In this document: positions 37,948 through 48,319 of the stretch, piece after piece
How the letters are laid out: each line of letters starts with the position of its first letter
Numbering within the stretch: position 1 is the stretch's first letter
Assembly (NCBI GenBank): GCA_050084985.1
Contig: JBITNC010000001.1
Coordinates: forward strand, 49,290,001 to 49,354,000
Length of the DNA: 64,000 bases
From: Nageia nagi
Taxonomy: Eukaryota; Plantae; Pinophyta
Direction: 5' to 3'
Made by a program: the position numbers and the translations under genes
Notes under the pieces: model-generated
What the model saw: the letters and a program-made list of their open reading frames with translations, nothing else
What the model was told of the DNA's origin: nothing
Database searches by the model: none

Positions 37948-38237
37948 TGTACAACGAGTTTCTCACGCAGAGCAAACTCACCACGGAGGTATAGAATGTA
38001 CAACAAGTTCGTCACGCAGAGCGAACTTACCACAGAGGTATATTAATTACATGCTCAAAATTTGTACAATAAGTTTCTCACGCAGAGCAAACTCACCACG
38101 GAGGTATAAAATGTACAAGTTTGTCACGCAGAGCAAACTTACCACTGAGGTATAAAATATTCAACACTCTATAACAACAATTGTACAACAAGTTTGTCAC
38201 GCAGAGCAAACTTACCACGGAGGTCTAGAATGTACAA
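37948..38237. repeat. ~49-bp tandem repeat x5 in the copia 3' UTR
   Basis: TGTACAACAAGTTTGTCACGCAGAGCAAACTTACCACGGAGGTATA core at ~37948, 37997, 38063, 38112, 38182. Confidence 0.9.
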
Positions 38238-38319
38238 TCAAAAAAGGGCCTCTTAGAGGTGAAGTTGTCATCACTAACAAAAGTTTAAACTTCAATACCA
38301 CTCGCCCTTGAGGGCAACT

Positions 38320-40392
38320 TCACCAACCCAGAGAATCCCTAAGCTTGCAGAAGTGAGCTTCAGGAAGGGGCTTGGTGAACAAATCAGCGGAGTTGTCAGT
38401 AGATGGACAATACTGCAAGTGTATGATATCATCTAGAACCTTCTCCCTGATAAAATGAGCTTGGATTTCTACATGTTTGGTTCGCTGATGGAACACAGGA
38501 TTCTTAGCCAAAGAGATAGCCGATTGACTGTTTGACGAAATAAGAGATGGGCCATTTTGCGTATACCCAATTTCGTTCAGAAGATGTCTTAGCCAAATAG
38601 CTTCTTGGGCGGCAACAGACATGGCTCGATATTCGGCTTCGGTGGTAGAAAGAGTCACAGTAGGTTGCTTCTTGGAAGCCCAAGAGATAGCACCTGAACC
38701 AATGCTAAACACATATGCAGAGGTTGATTTTCTGTCATCTCTATCTCCCCCATAATCAGAATCTGAGAACCCTGAGAGAACAATTGAGGGCACTTTGGAA
38801 TACTTAAGAGCAAGATCCTTTGTCCCTGCGACATACCTCAAGATTTGCTTAACAGCATTGAGGTGTTCAACATATGGTTTTTGCATGAATCGTGCCATCA
38901 GATTCATTGCAAAGGCAATATCAGGACGAGAGATAGTCAGATACAGAAGACTACCAATCAATTGTCTATAAGCTGTAGCATCAGCCAACTGAGAATCTGA
39001 GCTCAGTGATACAACGATTCCAGGAGAAACAGGTATTGCAGCATATTTACACTCCTCCATTCCAAACTTTTGCAAGATGTCTGATATATACTTAGATTGA
39101 CTAAGATAAGTACAATCTTTGTGTTGGTATACTTGCATCCCAAGATAGTAATGCAATAGACCTAGATCAGTCATTTCAAATGTTGCCTTGAGTTTGGAGA
39201 TGCACTCTTGGATGATTTCAATGTTATTGCCTGTTATGAGAAGATCATCCACATAAAGGAGAATTATAACCACGTCTTTTCCTTGATTGAGTACATATAG
39301 ATCTGAATCTGAGAAGCACTTGGAAAAACCAATATCTGCAAAGAAGCCTAAAATTTTCTTGTACCATGCTCTAGGTGCTTGCTTAAGTCCATACAAAGAC
39401 TTCTTTAGCTTACACACAAGAGTCTCTTTTCCTTCTGGAATAAATCCTTCTGGTTGATTCATGTAGATTTCAACATCCAAGTCCCCATTGAGAAATGCAC
39501 TTTTGACATCAAGTTGAAAAGCTTTCCATCCTTGAGCTGCAGAAAGAGCAAGAATTATTCTAACAGTAGGCATCTTGGCCACAGGAGCAAAGGTTTCCTC
39601 ATAATCAATACCATATTTCTGAGCGAATCCTTTGGCCACTAATCTTGCCTTGTATTTTTCAATTTTTCCATCAGAATTGTACTTGACCTTGTATATCCAT
39701 TTATTGCCAATCACATTTTTCTCATTTGGATAAGGAACCAAATCCCAAGTTTCATTTTTCATGAGCGCCTCATACTCAACTTTCATAGCTTCCATCCAAC
39801 ACTCTTGCTTGGAAGCTTCTTTGAAGGTTGATGGCTCATGCATATTATCAATTTTGGCAAATAAGGATTTATTCAAGGTCATACTTCTTGTAATTCTCTG
39901 TGCTGGAGAATTTTGCTCTTGTGGTGACTTCTCTACATGCTCATCCAACCAGTTAGGTGCAAGCGAAGAATCATCTGTATCAGACACTTCAGCATGAGAG
40001 GTCGTATTCTCAGAAAGTTCATTGAACTTAACATCCCTAGAAACAAAGACTATTTTATGGGATGAAGAGTAGAGCCTGTAACCTCTATGCTGATTATCAT
40101 ACCCCACAAAGATGCATTTTTCTGATCGTTTATCTAGCTTCTTTCTTTTCTCTGAGGTAATGAAGGCAAATGCATCACAACCGAAGATTCTGAAGTGTGA
40201 GAGGTTAGGTTTCTTTCCTGTCCATGCTTCATATGGAGTTTTACCTTCAACTGCCTTAGTAGGACACCTATTTAGGGTGTGAATAGCAGTGTGAACAGCT
40301 TCGCCCCATAAGAAACTAGGAAGGTTACCCAACATGCATCTTGCCATTTCCATAATGGTGCGATTCTTCCTTTCAGCAACGCCATTTTGCTG
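38320..40392 (-). CDS. Copia pol 3' part: integrase C-terminus, reverse transcriptase, RNase H
   Basis: QQNGVAERKNRT, YKARLVAKGF, QLDVKSAFLNG, LYGLKQAPRAW, LLYVDDLL, SDSDYGGDRDDRKST, STTEAEY, RTKHVEI. Confidence 0.96.
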   Translation of the reverse strand, partial: QQNGVAERKNRTIMEMARCMLGNLPSFLWGEAVHTAIHTLNRCPTKAVEGKTPYEAWTGKKPNLSHFRIFGCDAFAFITSEKRKKLDKRSEKCIFVGYDNQHRGYRLYSSSHKIVFVSRDVKFNELSENTTSHAEVSDTDDSSLAPNWLDEHVEKSPQEQNSPAQRITRSMTLNKSLFAKIDNMHEPSTFKEASKQECWMEAMKVEYEALMKNETWDLVPYPNEKNVIGNKWIYKVKYNSDGKIEKYKARLVAKGFAQKYGIDYEETFAPVAKMPTVRIILALSAAQGWKAFQLDVKSAFLNGDLDVEIYMNQPEGFIPEGKETLVCKLKKSLYGLKQAPRAWYKKILGFFADIGFSKCFSDSDLYVLNQGKDVVIILLYVDDLLITGNNIEIIQECISKLKATFEMTDLGLLHYYLGMQVYQHKDCTYLSQSKYISDILQKFGMEECKYAAIPVSPGIVVSLSSDSQLADATAYRQLIGSLLYLTISRPDIAFAMNLMARFMQKPYVEHLNAVKQILRYVAGTKDLALKYSKVPSIVLSGFSDSDYGGDRDDRKSTSAYVFSIGSGAISWASKKQPTVTLSTTEAEYRAMSVAAQEAIWLRHLLNEIGYTQNGPSLISSNSQSAISLAKNPVFHQRTKHVEIQAHFIREKVLDDIIHLQYCPSTDNSADLFTKPLPEAHFCKLRDSLGW

Positions 40393-42214
40393 GGGTGTAA
40401 GGGATTGTGAATTGTCGCTTAATCCCGTGTTTAACACAAAAGTCGTTAAACTCATTGCTATTATATTCACCCCCATTGTCAGATCTCAGCATCTTGATCT
40501 TAAAATCAGTTTGATTTTCAACAAGTGCCTTGAAGTCTTGAAACCTGTCAAAAGTTTGATCCTTGTGCTCAAGTAGATAACCAAATGTCATCCTACTGAA
40601 GTTGTCAATGAAGGTCAGAACATAAGAAGCTCCACCTAGTGACTTAGTCTGAAAAGGACCCATCAAATCTGAATGCACAAGCTGAAGAGGACAAGTAGCC
40701 CGAGTTGCCTTATCTTTTTCAAACTTTTGCCTATGCATCTTTCCTAGAATGCACCTTTCACAAAGACCAATTATGGGTGAAATATTAGGTAAACCTTCCA
40801 CAAGTGCTTGAGTTTTCATATCTTGAATACTCTTGTGGTTAAGGTGTCCTAATCGTTGATGCCAAAGATTACCTTTTGAACAAACATTTGTAGCAAGACA
40901 AATCTTTGAAGGTACTTGATCCACAATATAAAGGTCATTCTTTACTGATCCTTGCATCAAAGTGGCAAGTCCTTTCTTAACACACCAAGAGTGTGAGGTA
41001 AACTCAAATGAGCATCCTTTCCTTGTAATCTGAATCACGGAGATGAGATTCATCCTTAGTTTAGGAACATAAAAGACATTATCAAGAGTCTTTCCATGAA
41101 TCTTCACACTCCCTATTCCGTGAACATCAAGGACTGTATTATCACCTATCACAACTGCATCCTTTTTGTACTTATGAAAGTTTTCAAACTTATCTTTTTC
41201 ATAACACATGTGATTAGTGCATCCTGAATCAATAATCCAATCTGTTGAAATAGTTTGAGTCATTGAGTAGTAGGCAACAGAAGCAGTATGCTTGTTCTTC
41301 TTTTTATTATTGAAATTTCTCACATTTGCATTTCCCTTTCCTTTTTGAGCAAATTTCTTTTTGCGACAATCATACTCTTTGTGCCCAAAGATACCACAAA
41401 AGTTACAATTCCCATCAAACTTTTCTTGAGGTGTTGGATTGCTTGATCCTGCTTTATCATTCCTGTGCCTGTAGTTGCCATGATTGTTGTTGTTGTTGCC
41501 CTTTTTGTCATACTTCCTGAAGGTAGATGAGGACTTGTTGTCTTTGAATTTGTAATGTTTGAACTTTTTCTTGAAAGGAGTTTTGGTTGCTCCTAGAGCA
41601 ATGCTATGGTCCTTTGGAGAAAGGTTCAACATTTTCTTGTTCAAAGTTTCCTCATGCTTTATAAGAAGTCTAGAAAGGTTATCAAGTGAGATGACATCTT
41701 CTTCATCATCGAACCTTGTTTCCATAACTGTGACAAAGTTGCTGAACTTTGTAGTAAGGCTTTGTAGAATGATGAAGACCATGAACTCATCATTGATCCA
41801 GTTGCACCCACAACCAACCAATTGTGTCCTGAGGTCAATGATTTTGTTTAAGTAGATGGAGGCACTTTCATCTTCACTTTGTCGATACTGCAACAACTTT
41901 TGTAGAATGGTAAATCTCCTTGAAAATTTGGACCCAAGGTAAATTTTCTTTAACCTATCCCAAGCTTCCTTTGCTGAAGTTGATGAAGAAATCATGAGAA
42001 GGACATCATCTGAAACTGCACGGTAAATCATAGAAGTTGCTAACTCATTCTTTGAGTTGTATACTTCAAGAGCCTTCTCATCGGTAGGAGCAACCGCATC
42101 TTCACTAACTGTCTGCCACAGCTTTCTTGCTTGTAACTCGGCTTTCATACGTGGTTCCCATATTCCAAAGTTGGAACCATCGAGTATGTGCTTGGGAACG
42201 AAGGTTTCAACCAT
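40393..42214 (-). CDS. Copia gag, protease and integrase N-terminal part; frameshift at ~40392
   Basis: Zinc knuckle CNFCGIFGHKEYDC, WIIDSGCTNHM, LWHQRLGH, CERC, LVHSDLMGP, LRSDNGGEY; frame breaks within YTPQQNG. Confidence 0.95.
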
Positions 42215-44269
42215 TGCTACAAAAAACAAATGAATATGCAATAAGAATGTAAACTTTTACAATTTTCATCTATACATATAAAACATCTAATAAGCAAACA
42301 TGTCCCACATGTGTAAACTCATTAACCACGATCCATAGAAGGATAAAGTTGGGGTTGTTTTCTTGTATAGAATTAGGCCTTCACCTGGATGCCCGCAAGG
42401 TGGAGCCCAGGTACTACCAGTCCTCAACCAGTTCACCTTGGTCAGTGATATACTCTCACAAGGAGAAGTACCTACTATTTTCCAAGGATCCGACGTATCT
42501 TGGACCGGCCATTTTAATTATCTTGATTAAGGGTTTCAGTTTTCCTCCTAGGTTATCAGGATAATCCCTGAATGGACATGCGACATGTGGTATCACTACA
42601 CACATGCCTGTCCACCTAATAGAGTTATGTCCAATCCAACAGAGGTCTTAGGGGCAATTAAGACGGACTTACCACCACTTGGTTCTTCGGACTAAAAGGG
42701 CTCCAGTCTGCCCTGTCCTCACCTCATGGCTCCCCAAACAAGTCATGTTGTGGAAAATACGTGCGGATGTATTCATTTTAGGGGTTACTTTTCAAATTTT
42801 TGCGTATTACAAGTATAAGCAAATGTGCAAAAAATATAAAGTAAAGTGAAAATACTCCATCCACACAAACTTGTAACTTTAAGAGGCCAAAAATTGAGTC
42901 CAATGGGTTTTGTTCTAACCCCTAAAGGACTTTTACATTGTTCATATTTTCTCAATTTATTCAAGCACTTAATGAATTAAACAAAGAACTAAGTCCTACT
43001 TAGTATTTAATTCATAACATGCATTGTATCATGACTTAAAAATTTAAGTAAGAATGCATCATGCATTAAAAATTTAAGTCCTAAGCATGTTTTATTCTTC
43101 AAACAAGATACATGCATCATATGCAACATCTAGATAAAATTTAAGTAAAAAATTTATACTAATTCCCCCCCTATTTACTTAAAGATGTATCCCTTTTTAC
43201 TATGCTTAGAGATGGCATATGCACTTAAATGAAACATGCAATGTTGAGTAGAAGATTAGAAATAGGCTAAGTATGCCTAAGTGCATTTAATGGGAACAAT
43301 TGACTTGGAAGCAAGTAAGGAAAAATGCCTATGAAGGATAAGGGTGCAAGTTGTAATAGGAGACCCAGACCCCAATTTGTAAGGCTTGCTCCTAGGTAGT
43401 GGGTAAAAAATTAAGGCTCAACAACTAAAGTTGACAAAAAAAATGGGAAGGAGCCAAGTGTAAGCCTCAGGGTGGTGGAGAAGCTAGGCAGGGGTGGCAG
43501 GGGAGAGCAAGGCGGCAAGGAGGCCGCGGAGGAGGGCGGAGGACGTGTGAGGTGCGTAGGGCGGCTGTTGACCAGCCCAATGCGTGACCAATGCAGTCCA
43601 TAAAATGGTTTGTACGAGACTCATGACCAGTTCAGGGACAGATCCTGTGATCAGGGCAGCGTGAGGAGGAGGAGACAGTCGCGAGAGGAGGAAGCAGTCG
43701 CGTGGTGGAGGCGGAGGAGCGCGGGGCGGCGGTGGGGAGATGGTGGATATCCTGCGATCAGTGCAGGCCACGCAACGCGGGAGACTGAGATGGGCACCGT
43801 TGGGCAAACAATTCCTGTGCCTTCCCGTGGTGTGCATATCCTGCTACCATTTCAGTCCATGAAACGGTGTCTGCAACAGCGCGCGGAGCGGGGCAACGTA
43901 TCCGGGAGAAGTTCGCGGGAGGAGGCCACCAGTTGGACTACGACCGCTGTTGGTCGTGAAACAGTGTCAATGCCTGTCGAGGAAAGCCATGTGTTCAACG
44001 TTGCGTGCAGTCAGACAGGCGAAAAACGGCACGGTGCGTGGAGGGCAGGGCTGTGGTGGCGCGTCGACGGGTGGGAGCGGAGGAGCGGCTGCGCGCGGTG
44101 AACCCCCCCCCCACGATTTAATTCGTGAAGAATAATTTTATTGTTAATGAGCCCCCATTAATTTAGTTTGATTTTAAATAAATTTAAAAAACACAATAAA
44201 AATATATATTTTTGTGAATATCTTAAATATAAAAAAATATATATAAATATTTTTGCTTTTAAACAAATT

Positions 44270-44279
44270 TACAATAAAT

Positions 44280-44327
<48 letters not shown>

Positions 44328-44345
44328 ATATATATATAATATATT
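44270..44345. repeat. (TA)n microsatellite in the copia leader
   Basis: Direct reading of the sequence. Confidence 0.9.
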
Positions 44346-45480
44346 TTAACTATATTGTAAACAACAAAAAACAATAAATATTGATCTTTGGAATATATTA
44401 GTGTGCCCTTAAAAAAAATTTGTCCTCCTTTTATTTTTGGAAATATTGATGCCTTTTGCTTAGGATCATATCAATAACTCACTAATGATAGTATATATGA
44501 GATATTTCATAACAATACATTACTACTAACATAAAAAATGTTAGTATAAATATTGCAATTTTGCATCATATATGGGCATTTAATCAAATAATTGAACCAA
44601 CACATACTTTTAAGTTCAATATAACATGAACAACAAATTACAAGTGTTGTATACTAACCCTTTAAAAGAACTATAGCAATTTAAAATTGCAAGTAACATA
44701 GAGGATTAGTAAAAAATTGCAACTTGTTAATCATAACTTAAAAAAGGGACTAACACATAGCAAATAAGGTGTTAGTAGCATTATGTAATAATCAAAATAA
44801 ATGACCAAATGAGGAGAATCTTTATACCTGCTCTTTAAAATTTACCTCACCAAAGGGGTGAAAGATGAGGAGTGAAGAAGGATGAACCTCCAAGATGTAG
44901 CTTCCACACCAAAAGAAGAGCTTCCACAACAAGGAGAGCTTCTACACCAAGAAGGAGAGCTTCCACAACAAGGCTCTGATACCAATTGAAGGATTTGAAC
45001 TAGATCTAAACAAATCCTCTAGGACCTTAGACTAGGAAACTCAAGTGTACACAAGATAACACAATCACTCAAGATAACACATCAATATAATGTGGTTCCT
45101 CCCTCCTTGGGAGTACATCCACAACTAGTTCTCTTATTCTCAAATCTATGTCTCTCTTACAACTATTCTCTAGTTCTCTCCTACACAACCAAGTAGAGTA
45201 ATCTTACTCAAAACTTAGATATATTTACAATAGGAGAGGCCCTCTATTTATAGGTTGAGAGCATCTCCCTAACCTTCCTTTAACCCAAGGGTAAGGTTAG
45301 GGTTACATTAAATGTATCACCAAACTTCAACCTACCAACTACCCACTTTGGTAAAGTCAAAGTCTACATACTAAAGAATTCTATTAATCACTTAAGGTAT
45401 CTACATACCTTTAAGTGATTAATTGAATTTACAAGGAGTTTAGATATTCACAATATTTCATTACAAATTCTAACAGACAA

Positions 45481-45975
45481 GGGGGTGGACATGCTACATC
45501 TCAACCACCAAGAGTCTCAACGTCTGCACCACCTACCTAGAAGATGGATAACGCAACACAAAATGAGCTACGATGGAAGAAGTTGAGTTTCACTTGCAAG
45601 AATCCTTGGGAATCAGGTCACCATTGTCAAGGAAAAGCACAACACTATTATGTTGAGGTTATTGAAGGAGATTTGGAGGATGAGATGGATGCTATGAAGG
45701 TAGATGAACACCATCATGAAGTTAAATATATTGGAGGTACAATTGCCACATTGAAAGGAACATCCCAATATCTTACCATTAAAGTTGAAGGAGAGATCGA
45801 CAAGGAGAAAGTGCTAGTATTGATTGATGGAGGAACTATTCATAACTTCATTGATGAAGAGTTTGTTGAGAAAAAGACTATTAAGACAATGGAATTTGGA
45901 GGATTCAATGTGGCTATTGGAAATGGACAAATTTCCCCATGCAATAAGGTAATTGAAAAACTAAGACTAATATTG
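45481..45975 (+). pseudogene. Old Ty3/gypsy remnant, right half: gag zinc knuckle and aspartic protease
   Basis: ELRWKKLSFTCKNPWESGHHCQGK; VLVLIDGGTIHNFIDEEFV; continues the gag at 36620-36970 across the TSD. Confidence 0.85.
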
Positions 45976-46257
45976 CATTTACAATTAATAATTGCCTTGA
46001 TATCATCATTACATCATTATTGGCATTAAAATATTAATTTACTCCTAATTACTCTAAACATGCCCAACGTCCCATAATTGCAGTATTTATTTATTAAATA
46101 AAATATCCAAGTGGAACATACACAAATAATAGGGCCATTTCTTAGAAACATTGAAATTGCTCCTAAGTAGATATAAATCATACCTAAATTAATAAAATAA
46201 TAGTTGCACATCTTTAGAAGAAGGATGTGACCTTTCCAGAGAATTTTGGATTCACAT

Positions 46258-46727
46258 GTGTGCACAATATAATAAAATTGGCTTGACAAGAGAACTTCAA
46301 AATACCATATCTCCTTTGTTTCTTAACAAAACCTAATCGTGTAGCTTGTCAAAAAGATTGGCACAAGGTCCTCTTTCCATTCCAAGTGACGAAACATCAA
46401 TTTTTGGCTCATAGAATATAAAATATTCTTAAAACCACAAATGAGTAGAACCTTACAAATTGGGAACATTTCATAATAATCCCAATGAAGCAGTGTGCAC
46501 AATATAATAAAATTGGCTTGACAAGAGAACTTCAAAATACCATATCTCCTTTGTTTCTTAACAAAACCTAATCGTGTAGCTTGTCAAAAAGATTGGCACA
46601 AGGTCCTCTTTCCATTCCAAGTGACGAAACATCAATTTTTGGCTCATAGAATATAAAATATTCTTAAAACCACAAATGAGTAGAACCTTACAAATTGGGA
46701 ACATTTCATAATAATCCCAATGAAGCA
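46258..46727. repeat. Apparently perfect 235-bp tandem duplication
   Basis: 46258-46492 equals 46493-46727. Confidence 0.93.
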
Positions 46728-46833
46728 ATGTCTAAGCAATTTCCTTTTCATATCAATTTAGGGGATTCACTCAATTCATCCAACTTTGCAAACAAACAAC
46801 TTTCGTCCGAGTTTTTTCAAAGAGGAGTAGGAA

Positions 46834-48314
46834 TGTAATGTCCCCATTTTTTATGTGTTTTCCCCATTTCACCTTTGATGAATGGGAACATTAATTTAGG
46901 TGTGATTTTGTCTACTTTTGTAGGATTTGGCCAAATGATAAAAATCCCACTTAGAGACTTAGTTAAAGGCTCTAATTATGGAATAAATGACCTTTTTATT
47001 TATTTATTGCATTTATTTAAGTACCTAGAATGCCAATAATGATGTATTTGTAATTCCAAGGTAATTATATTTATAAATGCAATATTAGTCTCCCTAAAAG
47101 AGGCGTTGCATATTTTTAGCCTTGATAGTTGTAATATTGGCATTTGATATATCTCTAGTCATTAGTGCTCCCCTCTTCAAGGTAGAGCATCCCCCTAGGT
47201 GATTGCACCGACTACGAGGCATCATTAAGAGCTCCAAGGTTGGACGTGGCATCTCAAGGAGTTATTTGGCATCACGATACATTGGAAGACCCCCACACTT
47301 GGATGTTGGTCATTTAGGTCCTAATTCATCCCCACGTTGGAGTTCTAGGCATCCCAAGGCCCATGTCACCTCTCTTGGGCGTTAGACACTTGGCATTGAT
47401 CCCAATGCACCTCAGCATCACCACCACTTGGACGTTGCACTCTTGGATCGTTGGATCTAATCTCACCTATCCTGAGGCACCCTGTTTGGGCAATGATAAT
47501 GTGAGCACAAGGATCACATCTCATCGTTGGATCATTTCAATGCAAGATTAGAAGAGAGATTACATCGTCTATCAAAGGAGGACTCCTGGACATTCCAAAG
47601 TATGCAATTATTGATTATTAAACCCCTTTTATCGGATTGAGTGTGAGAACTCTATCTCTGACACTTGTAGGGCAACCTACATTTGAGGTATAAAGGTGAT
47701 AGGAAGCTAGCCTCAATCTTACTCCAACATTCTTAAGAGGAACACTGTCGGTTCCATCATAGAGTTGTAGGGAAGTCTTGGACTTGGCCTTGCCGTTGCT
47801 GCAACTAGTGAAGCCTTGGAAATATGCAACATAACTCTATTGGAAGAAGACTAGATACAAGCTCCTTAGGTAGATAAAAATATATTGTAATTGCGCTACT
47901 TTTTGTTCAATCAAATACAATTACATTTTGCTATTTGTCTCATTATGCTTGGACATTGGATTTGGAGTGGTTGTTGCATTGCTTAATTCCTGTTTTTTCT
48001 CCCTAATTGCAATGTTGGGATACTTGAAACATGTGCTTGTGCTATATTCTTATTTACTCAATATAGCTAGGCGTTGGGTTCTTGGAGATATTTTGCATGT
48101 TCGAAATCATATTTGTCCAAGTTAGCTAGATGTTGGGTTATTTGTACAATCTTGAGCTTGTTTGAGTAGTTTCATAGCTACAAGGCAAATGTCCCTCTCC
48201 TAGGGTACATTTTATGAGTGAACCCTAGTTTGGCTCATCACAAGAGTATCTGAGTATAACTGGATTTGCAATATTTTGAGTTATCAAGAGTGAGCCCTAG
48301 TTTGGCTCATCATA
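46834..48314 (+). mobile_element. LTR element reduced to a full 5' LTR (46834-48242), ~45 bp internal sequence and the last ~27 bp of the 3' LTR
   Basis: TGTAATG..CATCACA; GAGTGARCCCTAGTTTGGCTCATCA repeated from 48288; TSD AGGAA at 46829-46833 and 48315-48319. Confidence 0.88.
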
Positions 48315-48319
48315 AGGAA

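Larger units (their letters stand above)
36971..45475 (-). mobile_element. Young full-length Ty1/copia LTR retrotransposon (8505 bp)
   Basis: 489-bp LTRs 36971-37459 and 44987-45475 (two mismatches seen by eye); TSD GACAA; tRNA-iMet PBS 44973-44984; PPT AGGGGGAG 37460-37467; domain order gag-PR-INT-RT-RH. Confidence 0.98.

Noticed and set aside
37948-38237. CRISPR-like repeat/spacer appearance
   Set aside because: Eukaryotic retrotransposon UTR; repeats mostly abut, spacers are irregular and no cas genes are present.
43484-44135. Pro/Arg-rich ORFs on both strands
   Set aside because: Expected by chance in a GC-rich island; no domain motifs.
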